A stretch of DNA of 63,290 nt from Thermoanaerobaculia bacterium (GCA_038229875.1 JBBROA010000005.1:1-63290), one strand, 5' to 3'; numbered from the stretch's first letter, positions 18,492 through 31,286 are shown. Notes: generated from the sequence alone by a model not told the origin. Made by a program: numbers and translations.

Positions 18492-20837
18492 CTAACGGTC
18501 AACCAGCAGGCTGGGTGGGCGCATCCCGGCACGCGTCTTGGCGGAGCGACGTCCGCCCGCGAGCGCCGCTGCCACCCCGAGGCCGCATGCCAGGAGTCCG
18601 GGGAGGAAGGAGGGCGGGCGATAGGTCACGCGCATGTGGTGCGTCCCCGCCGGTACGCGGATCCCGACGAACGCGTGGTTCACCGTCTCGATCGGATACG
18701 CACGGCCTTCCTCCAGCGCGCGCCAGCCGGGCCAGTCCGGAAGGGATGTCGCCGCGAGGAACGGCGCGTCGGACGCGCTGTCGAGGAGCAGGTCCGGCCC
18801 GGATTCGCGCGCGAAGATCCGCGCCGGCGGGTTCTGATCGGAGCGCGGCGCGCCGCGGACCCACACGGTTTCGGAAAACTCCGACGCCGCGCGCATCGCC
18901 GAGAGAACCGACGCCCCGTCGGGAAATGAGATCACGCGCGCCGGCACGAACGCGCGCGGAAGGGCGCGAGGGTTCTCGAAGACGGCGGTATCCCCGGAGC
19001 GGGCGTGCACGTCCCAGCCCGGCGGAAGCGGCGCGTCGGGGGCGTCGATGGCGTATCGCAGACCCAGAAAGGAAAGGAACGGCCGGTTGAGGTCGTCGAT
19101 TCGGTTGAAGGAAGCGTGCTGCGGGACGCACCAGAGCGGAAACGTGTCGGCGAAGCGGTCGAGCACGATCGACTCGTATCCGCGCACGTCTTCGAGTCCG
19201 AGGAGGGCGGCGCCGTTCGGCTCCAGGTTCGCACCGGTCGCTCCGACGCGCGCCCCGTGGCGGAGACCCGCGAGCACGGACGAGGACGGCGAGAGAGCGC
19301 GCGCGTCCACCGTGGGATAGGTCCCGCTCATTTCGAGAGCACGCTCGGAAACGAGCAGAGCGAGGGCCGCCGCCGCGAGCTGGGCCGCGCGGTTCCGCCA
19401 GAAGAGCGCGGCCGCCCCGAGCAGCGCGACAGGAAAGGTCTCGAAGAAAAAGTGCGAACGAACGAAGGCGGAGGGAAGCGCGCGTGCGTTCAGGACGCCC
19501 GCTGCGGCGAATCGGACCACGATCAGGCCGAGGAGAACCGCCCCCGCCGCCGCGGCGAGGCGCCGCGAACCGCCGGAACGAAGCTCGTCGGTGCCGAGCG
19601 CGGCGAGTCCCGAAATCCCGAGCGCCGACAGAAATACCAGGCGGTAGTTCAACGCGAGCGAGAACCCGGGCAATCGGGAGAGAACGTCGAGCAAGCCCGG
19701 CGCGCTCGCGCCGAGGAGCAGGCCGGCGGCGAGGAAGCTCAGGGAGAGGGCGCGTCCCTTCCGGCGGCGCGACGCGCCGAGGGCCGCGAGGGGAAAGAGC
19801 ACAGCTCCCGCAAAGGCGAGCGGCATCCCCGAGCCGTCGCCACGCTCCTGCACCGGGCTCTTGCCGTAGATCCCGTGCGCGAACGGGAGAACCGCGGGCA
19901 GGAGGCGGCGGACGGCCTGCGAAAGGGCCACGGACTGGCGCTCGACTCCCTTTTCGAGCTGCGCGCGGCGGTCGCGGTACTCCGCGGAATGGGGGATCGC
20001 CTCCAGCAGCGGGAAGAGCTGTGGCGCCGCGAGCAGAAATGCGAGCGCGGCCGCCGCGGCTCCACGGAGGAGGGCGCGGCGGACGTCGCCCCCGGCGCCC
20101 CGTCGCGCTGCGACGACCAGGTCCGCAACGAAGACCGCCGTCCCCGCCATCGCGGTGTGGAAAAAGGTTTCGGGGTGCCCGCCCGACAGCGAGAGGAGGA
20201 GCGCCGCCACCGTGATCGCCCGGCCGTTCGCGCCGTTTCGCGCGATCCGCCTGAGGCCGAGCAGCAAGAGCGGGAACGTCGCGGTGGACGGGCCGACGCT
20301 CCACCCGTTCCAGAAGACGAGGTAGGTGGAAAACCCCCAGCCCACCGCGCCCGTCAGCGCCGCGGTCAAAGAAAGATCCCAGTCTCGAAAGTAGAGGTAT
20401 CCGGACAGGAGCCCGAGGAACAACGTGAAAGCGCAGGAGAACGTCCACGAGAGCGGCAAAGGCAGGAAGATGCCCGCCCAGGTGGCGGGATGGAAGACCC
20501 CCGCCTGCGCGGTCGCGAGGAGAGGGTTTCCGGCGAGAACGAACCGATTCCAGAACGGAAGACGCCCGTTCGTCAGGGCCTCGCGCACCGCTGCGCGCCA
20601 CGGGATGTTCGCAAACGCGAGGTCCGAGAGAACCGGGTTCGCGGGAGGGGAAGGGACCGCGCCCGCGTGGCGCCACGGGACGAGCGGCGGGTAGAGATCC
20701 GCCGGGCCGTACACCGCTCCGGAAAACATGGCCCTGCCGGTGAAGACGAGCGGCAGCAGGAGAAGCAGGAGGCCGGCCGTCCGGGAGACCTGCCCCGCGT
20801 AGCGGCGCGCCAGCCAGAGCGAGCCGGTGGCCGCCAC
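18492..20837 (-). CDS. Second YfhO-family membrane protein
   Basis: LPFWNRFVLAGNPL, GGHPET, EDVRGYE, NPRALPRAF; start may be an in-frame CTG at 20876. Confidence 0.85.
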   Translation of the reverse strand: MAATGSLWLARRYAGQVSRTAGLLLLLLPLVFTGRAMFSGAVYGPADLYPPLVPWRHAGAVPSPPANPVLSDLAFANIPWRAAVREALTNGRLPFWNRFVLAGNPLLATAQAGVFHPATWAGIFLPLPLSWTFSCAFTLFLGLLSGYLYFRDWDLSLTAALTGAVGWGFSTYLVFWNGWSVGPSTATFPLLLLGLRRIARNGANGRAITVAALLLSLSGGHPETFFHTAMAGTAVFVADLVVAARRGAGGDVRRALLRGAAAAALAFLLAAPQLFPLLEAIPHSAEYRDRRAQLEKGVERQSVALSQAVRRLLPAVLPFAHGIYGKSPVQERGDGSGMPLAFAGAVLFPLAALGASRRRKGRALSLSFLAAGLLLGASAPGLLDVLSRLPGFSLALNYRLVFLSALGISGLAALGTDELRSGGSRRLAAAAGAVLLGLIVVRFAAAGVLNARALPSAFVRSHFFFETFPVALLGAAALFWRNRAAQLAAAALALLVSERALEMSGTYPTVDARALSPSSSVLAGLRHGARVGATGANLEPNGAALLGLEDVRGYESIVLDRFADTFPLWCVPQHASFNRIDDLNRPFLSFLGLRYAIDAPDAPLPPGWDVHARSGDTAVFENPRALPRAFVPARVISFPDGASVLSAMRAASEFSETVWVRGAPRSDQNPPARIFARESGPDLLLDSASDAPFLAATSLPDWPGWRALEEGRAYPIETVNHAFVGIRVPAGTHHMRVTYRPPSFLPGLLACGLGVAAALAGGRRSAKTRAGMRPPSLLVDR

Positions 20838-20995
20838 GGTATAGGTCGCGCACAGGGCGACGGTCTCGAGTCTCAGGATGGCGGATGTTACTTGACCGGG
20901 AAGGTTGAGAGTCGAGTTGAGTTCACGGCGGCAGTCGGGAGTCGAGATTCGAGATTAGACTCACGGTCGAGTTCTGACCTTCAGGTCCCTGAACC

Positions 20996-21811
20996 ATGAA
21001 CGTTCAACCCTCTCCCCGGATCTCGCAACCCGCTCTCTTCATTTCCCACGGCGCGCCGACGCTCGCGCTCGAAACGGAGGGTGAGTACGCCGGGGCTCTC
21101 CGCGCATTCTGCGCCGCGCTTCCGCCGCCCCGCGCGCTGGTCGTTTTCTCGGGACATTTCCAGGAGCCGGCACCGATCCGGATCACGTCCGGCGCGCGGC
21201 CGCCGCTCCTCTATGACTTCGGCGGATTTCCCGAAGAGATGTACCGGATCCGATACGACGCGCCGGGAGACCCGGAGCTCGCCTCCGAAATCCGCGTTCT
21301 TCTCGATCGAGCGGGGATCGGCGCCGCGCTCGACCCCGGCCGGCCGTGGGACCACGGCGCCTGGGTCCCTCTTCGCCTCGCGTTTCCGGATGCGCGAGTG
21401 CCTGTCGTCGAGGTGTCGATCCCGTCGGGCGCCTCGCCCGAGAAGCTGCTGCAGGTGGGAACGGCGCTCGCGCCGCTGCGCGAAAAGAACGTCCTCGTGA
21501 TCGGAAGCGGGGGCATCGTTCACAACCTGCGGCGCGTGAGCCACTCGAGCACCAGCGCGCGGGTCGAGCCGTGGGCCGTAGAGTTCGATCGATGGGTGGC
21601 GGACCGGCTCGCCGCGATGGAAGTTGAGCCGCTCCTCTCCTACGCCAGCCTGGCGCCAAACGCCGTCCTCGCCGTGCCGACGCCGGAACACTTCGACCCG
21701 CTCTTCGTCGTCCTGGGAACACGCAACGAATCGGACCGCGCGGTTCCGATCTACGAAGGGTTCCAGTACGGGACGCTCTCGCTGCGATCCTTCGCGTTAC
21801 AGCGGGGTTGA
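20996..21811 (+). CDS. LigB-family (DODA/YgiD-type) extradiol dioxygenase
   Basis: FISHGAP, YDFGGFP, DHGAWVPL, GSGGIVHNL, PTPEHFDPL. Confidence 0.92.
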   Translation: MNVQPSPRISQPALFISHGAPTLALETEGEYAGALRAFCAALPPPRALVVFSGHFQEPAPIRITSGARPPLLYDFGGFPEEMYRIRYDAPGDPELASEIRVLLDRAGIGAALDPGRPWDHGAWVPLRLAFPDARVPVVEVSIPSGASPEKLLQVGTALAPLREKNVLVIGSGGIVHNLRRVSHSSTSARVEPWAVEFDRWVADRLAAMEVEPLLSYASLAPNAVLAVPTPEHFDPLFVVLGTRNESDRAVPIYEGFQYGTLSLRSFALQRG

Positions 21812-21846
21812 AGATCGCGTCGGCCTGTCATCTTCAGCCCGGCTGA

Positions 21847-22095
21847 GCCCCTCACCCCTGCTCCCGCCGGGCGAGGGAGCGGAGGTGCGCTTCCGCCGAC
21901 ATGGTGGCTAAGCTCGCCACGAGAGGAGTCTCCCGACCAGAGGGAGGGAGGAGCCTCTCGGGGCGGGAGCCGCAGCGAACGGAGGGACGAGTCGAGCGGT
22001 GGAGGCCGCATCCGACCGACCCGCTCGGCGGTGCCGTTCGCGGCGCGAACGGCACGTCCCGTAGAGAGCGGCGGCGACGGCAGCGGAGGCGACGA
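21847..22095. repeat. ~250 bp structured repeat, full copy B
   Basis: Colinear with 6729-6984; ends at the TAG of rseP. Confidence 0.9.
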
Positions 22096-23457
22096 CTAAA
22101 ACGGCCACCACTTCGCGGGGATGTTCTTCGCGATGTCGTTGTAGAGCACGACCGTCATCAGAGCGAGGATCATCAGGAACCCGAGCTGGAGGATCCGTTC
22201 CTTCACCCGCAGCGAGAAGTCGCGGCGGACCAGCCCTTCGATCGTCAGAAGGAAGAGATGCCCGCCGTCGAGCACGGGGATCGGCAGCAGGTTGAAGATC
22301 CCGAGCTGGAGCGACACGGCGGCCATCAGCGCGACGAGCGGAACGGCGCCGGTTCGCGCGGCGTCGCCGGAGAACTTCGCGATGTCGAGCGGGCCGGACA
22401 TCGTCTTCATGCTCGCCCGGCCGCGGAAGAGGCGACCGAGGACCGAGAACGTCGTGCGCGTGTCCGTCCCGATGCGGCGCCACGCCTCGACGACCGCCTG
22501 CTGCAGCGGGAACCGCTCGAGAACCTCAGGCAGATTCGCGCCGACCTGAACGCCGACCTTCCAGCTGTCCCCTTCCTTGCGCGGGGCGACGGACACCACG
22601 CCCGGCTTCCCGTCGCGGTGAAACGCGATCGGGAAGGGCCCGGGCGCGGACGCCGAAACGGCGGAGACGAACTTCTCGAAGATTTCCTCGGGCGCGCCGC
22701 GGATCGGGCGGCCGCCGATCGAGTCGATGACGTCGCCCGGCTTCAACCCGCCCTTCGCGGCGGGAGACCCGGAGACGACGACCGCGACCCGCGGCTGAAC
22801 GTTTCGGCCGGCGTCGGGCAGGAGGCCCACGTCGCCGAGATCGTGAGAGCCGACCGCGCGAGGCACGACCGTCAGGAACACGCCGGACCCGTTGCGGTCC
22901 ACTTCCACGTCGAGCTTCTCGCGGGCATTCATGAGGAAGGCGTACTGCGCGTCCCGCCAGCGGGGAGTCTCGCGCCCGGCGATCGAGACGATGCGGTCAC
23001 CGGGGCGGAACCCCGCCGCGGCGCCGGCCGACTTGTCCTCGACGATCTTCACGACCGCCGGCTGCAGCTCGTACGCGGGCACGCGCACACCGAGCGCAAA
23101 GACGGCCGTGTGGAGCACGAGCGCGAGCACGAAGTTCATGAGCGGACCCGCGAGCAGGATCAGCCCCCGCTGCCACCGCTTCCCGACGGGGGGAGCCTCG
23201 GTCGACGAGCCCTCGGCCAGAGTCGATTCGTCGGGCCCGAGTCCGACGACGCGGACGTAGCCTCCGAGAGGAATCGCCGAAACACGATAGTCCGTGCCGC
23301 GGCGCTTGAATCCGAAGAGCCGCTTTCCGAATCCGATCGAAAACACCTCGACGGGAAAGCGAAAGAACTTGGCGACGGCGAAGTGCCCGAACTCGTGCAC
23401 GACGACGAGCACCGAGAGGACGACGATCAATGCCAGTGTGTTCCCGACGATGGTCAA
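22096..23457 (-). CDS. rseP: Site-2 metalloprotease RseP with two PDZ domains
   Basis: HEFGH, IPLGGYV, NLLPIPVLDGGH. Confidence 0.95.
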   Translation of the reverse strand: MTIVGNTLALIVVLSVLVVVHEFGHFAVAKFFRFPVEVFSIGFGKRLFGFKRRGTDYRVSAIPLGGYVRVVGLGPDESTLAEGSSTEAPPVGKRWQRGLILLAGPLMNFVLALVLHTAVFALGVRVPAYELQPAVVKIVEDKSAGAAAGFRPGDRIVSIAGRETPRWRDAQYAFLMNAREKLDVEVDRNGSGVFLTVVPRAVGSHDLGDVGLLPDAGRNVQPRVAVVVSGSPAAKGGLKPGDVIDSIGGRPIRGAPEEIFEKFVSAVSASAPGPFPIAFHRDGKPGVVSVAPRKEGDSWKVGVQVGANLPEVLERFPLQQAVVEAWRRIGTDTRTTFSVLGRLFRGRASMKTMSGPLDIAKFSGDAARTGAVPLVALMAAVSLQLGIFNLLPIPVLDGGHLFLLTIEGLVRRDFSLRVKERILQLGFLMILALMTVVLYNDIAKNIPAKWWPF

Positions 23458-23481
23458 GCGACTGCTCCGTTTCTCGTTTTC

Positions 23482-24663
23482 CTAGTTGGCCACCGCGGCG
23501 CGGGACAACCGGTGGATGATCTCCGAGGCCCGGCGGCGCGCCATTCCGTCTATCTCCTCCGCTTCGTCGAGGGTCGTCGGGGCGCCGACCGGTCCCGCCG
23601 CCGCGGCCGTCTCTGAGACGACCGAAACGATCTCGGGGAACGAAATCTTCCCCTGAAGAAATGCGGCCACCGCGACCTCGTTCGCTCCGTTGACGATCGC
23701 CGGCATCCCCCCGCCGACGCGCAGCGCTTCCAGGGCAACTTCGACGGCCGGATATCGCTCCGCCTCGAGCTCGAAGAATTCGAGCCGCTTGATGGAGACG
23801 AGGTCGAGGCGGCCGAAGCGATTCGGGAGCCGGTCCGGATAGTCGAGGGCGTACGCGATCGGGAACTTCATGTCGTTCTTCGCGAGCTGGGCGAGCAGCG
23901 ATCCGTCCTCGAACTCGACGAACGAGTGAATGACCGACTGCGGGTGGAGGACGACCCCGATCCGCTCCGGCGGGAGTCCGAACAGAAAATGCGCCTCGAT
24001 GATCTCGAGCCCCTTGTTCATCATCGTGGCGGAGTCGATCGAGATCTTCGGCCCCATCTTCCAGGTCGGGTGCGCGAGCGCGTCCTCGACGGTGATCGAA
24101 TCGAAGGTCGAGAGGTCCCGCTCGCGGAACGGCCCTCCGGACGCGGTCAGGATGATCCGCTCGACTTCGGACGCGCGGCCCCCGCGCATCGCCTGGTGGA
24201 TCGCGCTGTGCTCCGAATCGACCGGAAGAATCTCCGCGCCGCTTTTCTTCGCTTCCCGGAGGATGAGCTCGCCCGCGACGACGAGGGTTTCCTTGTTCGC
24301 CAGCGCCAGCCGCTTGCCGGCCTTGACGGCGGCGTACGCGGACCGGAGCCCGAGCGCGCCGACTAAGGCGCCGACGACGACCGATGATCCGGGGTCCGAC
24401 GCGACCTCTTCGAGCCCCTCAGCGCCGGTGACGATGCGAACGCCGTTCTTCCGGGGGAGAAGGGCCTTCAGGCGGGCCGCCTCCTCGGGGCCCGACACCG
24501 AAACGAGCTTCGGGTGATGGGTCTCAATCTGCTCCGCCAGCTTCTCGACGGACCGCCCGGCGGCCAACGCCACGACCTCGAATCGGTCCGGCGAGGCCGC
24601 CGCGACGTCGAGCGCCGAGCGCCCGATGGAACCGGTGGATCCTAAGACCGCCAGCGTTTTCAT
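23482..24663 (-). CDS. dxr: 1-deoxy-D-xylulose-5-phosphate reductoisomerase
   Basis: LGSTGSIG, LANKE, PVDSEH, TASGGPFR, HPTWKMG, NKGLE. Confidence 0.98.
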   Translation of the reverse strand: MKTLAVLGSTGSIGRSALDVAAASPDRFEVVALAAGRSVEKLAEQIETHHPKLVSVSGPEEAARLKALLPRKNGVRIVTGAEGLEEVASDPGSSVVVGALVGALGLRSAYAAVKAGKRLALANKETLVVAGELILREAKKSGAEILPVDSEHSAIHQAMRGGRASEVERIILTASGGPFRERDLSTFDSITVEDALAHPTWKMGPKISIDSATMMNKGLEIIEAHFLFGLPPERIGVVLHPQSVIHSFVEFEDGSLLAQLAKNDMKFPIAYALDYPDRLPNRFGRLDLVSIKRLEFFELEAERYPAVEVALEALRVGGGMPAIVNGANEVAVAAFLQGKISFPEIVSVVSETAAAAGPVGAPTTLDEAEEIDGMARRRASEIIHRLSRAAVAN

Positions 24664-24797
24664 GGAACCGGAGATTATAGGCGGCGGCGGAGCCGGCGGC
24701 GGCGGCGGCGGCCGGGCGAAAGGCGACGGGAACGGGACGAAACGCGAGGAAAGGGACGATACCCATCCCGGGATGCAAGTCCTTTAAACTCCCCGGA

Positions 24798-25607
24798 ATG
24801 ATCGACCGCGAGATTCTGGCTCTTCCGGGCACCCGGGAACGGGCGCTCTTAGACGACATGGACCTGACGCGTATGCCGCGTCACATCGCGATCATCATGG
24901 ACGGCAACGGACGGTGGGCGAAGCAGCGCGGGTCCCCTCGCGTCGAAGGGCACCGGGCCGGGATCGCGTCGGTGCGCGAGGTCGTCGAGACCTGCGCCCG
25001 GCTGAAGCTCGACGCGCTGACCCTCTATGCCTTCTCCGTCGAGAACTGGAAGCGGCCGCGATTCGAGATCGTCACGCTCATGTCGCTCTTGAAGGAGTAC
25101 CTGAACCGGGAGCTCGCGAATCTGCTCAAGAACGACATCCGCTTCCGGGTCGTCGGCCGGATGAACGAGCTCGATGCGTCCGTGCAGAAGGAGCTCTCGA
25201 AAGGACTCGCGGCGACCTCGTCCTGCCGCGGGATGACGTTCAACATTGCGCTCAACTACGGCGGGCGCACCGAGATCGTCGACGCCTGCCGCTCGCTCGC
25301 GCACGACGTCGGCGCCGGCCGCCTCTCCGTGGACCAGATCGACGAAGAAACGCTCGGGTCCCGCCTCGGAACCGCGGGACTGCCGGACCCCGACCTTCTG
25401 ATCCGCACGAGCGGCGAGATGCGGGTCTCAAATTTTCTGCTCTGGCAGATCGCCTACAGCGAAATCTGGGTGACTCCGACCCTCTGGCCGGATTTTCGAA
25501 AGCTCCACCTCTTCGAGGGAATCCTCGAGTACCAGAAGCGCGAGCGGCGTTATGGCGGCGTGATCGACGGCGGGCGTCAGCCGGAATCGGGGGAGGCGGC
25601 GGGGTGA
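24798..25607 (+). CDS. uppS: Undecaprenyl diphosphate synthase
   Basis: HIAIIMDGNGRWA, FSVENWKR, NYGGR, RTSGEMRVSNFLLWQ. Confidence 0.98.
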   Translation: MIDREILALPGTRERALLDDMDLTRMPRHIAIIMDGNGRWAKQRGSPRVEGHRAGIASVREVVETCARLKLDALTLYAFSVENWKRPRFEIVTLMSLLKEYLNRELANLLKNDIRFRVVGRMNELDASVQKELSKGLAATSSCRGMTFNIALNYGGRTEIVDACRSLAHDVGAGRLSVDQIDEETLGSRLGTAGLPDPDLLIRTSGEMRVSNFLLWQIAYSEIWVTPTLWPDFRKLHLFEGILEYQKRERRYGGVIDGGRQPESGEAAG

Positions 25608-25707
25608 AGGAATACGTGAGGGGTCAGGCGGAAGGCGTCAGGCGGAAGAGACGACTCGATCGTGCTCCCGCTTCACATCTGACGCCTCACGCCTCGCGAC
25701 TCCGGCC

Positions 25708-26535
25708 TTGAAGCGGGAGCTCGCGGCGGCGGTCGCGATCCCGATCGTCCTCGGCGTCCTCTTCTTTCTTCCCGCGCTCGTCTTCGACGCTCTCGTCGCG
25801 GCCATTGCTCTGGGGGCGCTGTGGGAGTTCTACCGGATGGCGGAAAAGACGGGGCATCCCGTCGCCAAGAGCGTCGGCCTCGCGGGAGGAGCCGCCACGC
25901 TCGCGGCGCTGACGGGCGCGACGATCGCCGGCCACGACCGCGCGGCTTCCTACTGGCCGCTCTTCTTTGCAGCCCTGCTCCTGGTTTTCCTCGCTTCGAT
26001 GGCGCCGCTTTTCGCGGCCGTGCCTTCCCCGGAAGCGCTCGCGGGAGCCGGTTCCACCCTCTTCGGGATCGTGTCGATCGCGCTTCCCGCCGGCGCGATG
26101 TGCTACCTCCGGGCCTTTTCCCCTCGCGCCGTGCTCTTCCTCTTCGTCATCGTCTGGGGATGCGACTCGGCGGCGTACTACACCGGTCGGCGCCTCGGCC
26201 GCCGCAAGCTCGCCCCGGTCGTCTCACCCAACAAGACGTGGGAGGGCACGATCGGAGGGCTCGTGGGCGCTACGGCGATTGGCGCGATCGCGGGAACGTG
26301 GTGGCTGCTGCCCGAGCTCGGCCCCGCCTTCGGGGCGCTCGCGGGAGCCGTCGCCTCCTCGGCCGGTCAGATCGGGGACCTCGTCGAATCCCTCTGGAAG
26401 CGCGGGGCGGGAGTCAAGGACTCTGGCGCTTTCCTTCCGGGCCACGGAGGCTTCTACGACCGGATCGACTCCCTGCTCTACGCGGGTCCAGTGCTGGCGG
26501 CCATCCTGATGGCGGTAGTTTCCGGCCGGCGCTGA
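25708..26535 (+). CDS. cdsA: Phosphatidate cytidylyltransferase
   Basis: DSAAYYTG, SPNKTWEG, GDLVES, KDSG..LPGHGG..DRIDS. Confidence 0.95.
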   Translation: MKRELAAAVAIPIVLGVLFFLPALVFDALVAAIALGALWEFYRMAEKTGHPVAKSVGLAGGAATLAALTGATIAGHDRAASYWPLFFAALLLVFLASMAPLFAAVPSPEALAGAGSTLFGIVSIALPAGAMCYLRAFSPRAVLFLFVIVWGCDSAAYYTGRRLGRRKLAPVVSPNKTWEGTIGGLVGATAIGAIAGTWWLLPELGPAFGALAGAVASSAGQIGDLVESLWKRGAGVKDSGAFLPGHGGFYDRIDSLLYAGPVLAAILMAVVSGRR

Positions 26536-26708
26536 CTTCTTCGCTCGTCGCCGATATGGGAGAGGACGAGATTCTGGGGCGAATACAGGGCCCTGTCTTG
26601 ACCCATTGCCCGATCGCGAACGGCTCGATTCGCGCCCAGGCGCAGCAATTCGGGCGTCCCGAGCTGGCCGGCCTCCCGGAACCGTGTATCCTTTCTCCTG
26701 TCACCAAA

Positions 26709-28376
26709 ATGATCAGATCTCTTCTCCTGCCTCGCCGCGCGTTCCTGTGCGCGAGCCTCGTTCTGCTTCTCCCCCTCGCCCTTCCCGCACAGAGCGTGAC
26801 GCGGGGTCCGTACCTGCAGCTGCAGACGCCCGTGAGCGCCGTCGTCGCCTGGAGAACGGACGTTCCCACCGACAGCCGAGTCCTCTACGGGACGGCGGTG
26901 TCGGCCTTGACCTCCTCCGCCTCCGACCCGACGCCGACGACCGAGCATCGCTTGACGCTGTCCGGCCTCGCGACGGAAACGCGCTATTACTACTCGGTCG
27001 GAACGAGCTCCGTCCCACTCGCCGGAGCGGACGCTTCGCACTATTTCTCGACCGCGCCTCCCGCCGGGGCGGCGAGGCCCGTGCGGATGTGGGTCACGGG
27101 CGACTCCGGTACCGCTGACGCGAGACCGCGCGCCGTGCGCGACTCCTATCTCGCCTTTGCGGCGGGCCGCGCGACGGACGTGTGGTTGATGCTGGGCGAC
27201 AACGCCTACGTCAACGGGACCGACTCTGAGTACCAGGCTGCCGTGTTCGACGTCTTTCCCGGCATTTTGCGCAACACATTCCTGTGGCCGACGCTCGGCA
27301 ACCATGACGGGTACAGCGCGAACTCCGCCACGCAGACGGGTCCCTACTTCGACATCTTCACGCTTCCGGCGGCGGGACAGGCCGGCGGCCTTGCGTCGGG
27401 GACCGAGGCGTACTACTCCTTCAACTACGCGAACATCCACTTCGTCTGCCTCGACTCGTACGGGAGTCCGCGCGGACCGGCTGATCCGATGCTGACATGT
27501 CTCGCGGCCGATCTCGCCGTCAACACCCGGGACTGGACCATCGCCTACTGGCACCATCCGCCCTACTCCAAGGGCTCGCACGACTCAGACGTTGAGGGCG
27601 AGCTCGTCGAGATGCGGCAGCAGGCCCTCCCGGTGCTCGAGGCGGGCGGAGTCGATCTCGTGCTGGCCGGCCACAGCCACGCCTACGAGCGGTCGTTTCT
27701 TCTCGACGGCCACTACGGCGCCTCGACCACTCTGGTTCCGTCGATGAAGAAGGATGGCGGCAGCGGGCGGGAAACGGGCACGGGCGCATATCGCAAACGG
27801 GCCGGCGTCCGCCCGCGCGAGGGAACGGTCTACGTGGTCGCCGGAACTTCGGGGCAAATCGGGGGGGGCACCCTCAACCACCCTGCGATGTTCTACTCCC
27901 TTGCGGAACTCGGATCCCTGGTCCTCGACGTCGAAGGCGACCGGCTCGACGCCCGCTTTCTGACTTCGACCGGAGCCATCGCGGATTCCTTCACGATCTT
28001 GCGTTCGACACAGTTCCATACCGTGACGCCGTGCCGCCTGCTCGACACACGGCTGCCCGACGGGCCCGGCGGCGGACCAGCCGTGACCGCCGGATCGGAC
28101 CGGACGGTGGCCGTCACGGGACGGTGCGGGGTCCCCGCTTCGGCACGAACGCTCTCCGTCAACATCGCCGTGACGCGCCCCACAAACGCCGGGTATCTCG
28201 TCGCGACGGCGGCCGCCGCCCGGCCGGCGCCAACGAGCACGATCAACTTCCGCGCGGGCCAGACCCGCTCCAACGGTGCGCGGGTCCCACTCGGGCCCGG
28301 CGGAGCGCTCCTGCTGCGTTCGAGCGATCCGGGGACCGTCGACGTCGTGATCGACGTCGACGGCTACTTCGAGTAG
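26709..28376 (+). CDS. Secreted purple-acid-phosphatase-like metallophosphoesterase with FN3-like and C-terminal beta domains
   Basis: Signal peptide, RGPYLQ, GDSG, GDNAY, GNHD, HHPPY, GHSHAYER; tail PCRLLDTR...DVDGYF. Confidence 0.9.
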   Translation: MIRSLLLPRRAFLCASLVLLLPLALPAQSVTRGPYLQLQTPVSAVVAWRTDVPTDSRVLYGTAVSALTSSASDPTPTTEHRLTLSGLATETRYYYSVGTSSVPLAGADASHYFSTAPPAGAARPVRMWVTGDSGTADARPRAVRDSYLAFAAGRATDVWLMLGDNAYVNGTDSEYQAAVFDVFPGILRNTFLWPTLGNHDGYSANSATQTGPYFDIFTLPAAGQAGGLASGTEAYYSFNYANIHFVCLDSYGSPRGPADPMLTCLAADLAVNTRDWTIAYWHHPPYSKGSHDSDVEGELVEMRQQALPVLEAGGVDLVLAGHSHAYERSFLLDGHYGASTTLVPSMKKDGGSGRETGTGAYRKRAGVRPREGTVYVVAGTSGQIGGGTLNHPAMFYSLAELGSLVLDVEGDRLDARFLTSTGAIADSFTILRSTQFHTVTPCRLLDTRLPDGPGGGPAVTAGSDRTVAVTGRCGVPASARTLSVNIAVTRPTNAGYLVATAAAARPAPTSTINFRAGQTRSNGARVPLGPGGALLLRSSDPGTVDVVIDVDGYFE

Positions 28377-28377
28377 T

Positions 28378-28616
28378 CGGGAACGCGGTGGCCGCTCCCG
28401 GAGCTCGGCCCCGTGGCGGGCGCCCTCGCCGGCGCGCTGGCCTCCTCGGCCGGACAGATCGGAGACCTCGCCGAATCGCTGTGGAAATGGGGACCCGGCG
28501 TCAAGGACTCGGGGATGTTTCTTCCCGGCCACGGCGGGTTTTATGACCGGATCGACTCGCTGCTTTTTGCCGGGCCGGTGCTCGCGGCGATCCTGATGTG
28601 GGGCGTCCGGCGTTAG
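28378..28616 (+). pseudogene. cdsA: Orphan 3' fragment of cdsA (about 80 codons, diverged)
   Basis: LASSAGQIGDLAESLWK..GVKDSGMFLPGHGGFYDRIDSLLFAGPVLAAILM mirrors 26290-26513. Confidence 0.9.
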
Positions 28617-28634
28617 GTCGAGGCTCGAAACGAT

Positions 28635-31286
<2,652 letters not shown>

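Noticed and set aside
18499-20853. Long alternative-frame and antisense ORFs (also 34791-36809, 40632-41915, 51419-52945, 56913-58463, 61917-63062)
   Set aside because: Shadow ORFs typical of high-GC DNA, overlapping well-supported genes
24680-24712. GGC triplet tracts between dxr and uppS
   Set aside because: Short low-complexity GC sequence with no evidence of function
25821-26708. N-terminal extension of the 851 aa ORF suggesting a cdsA-phosphoesterase fusion
   Set aside because: It is off-frame to cdsA and Arg-rich; a signal peptide starts at ATG 26709. Extensions of the ORFs at 43, 7966, 10595, 32157 and 55091 were trimmed on similar grounds
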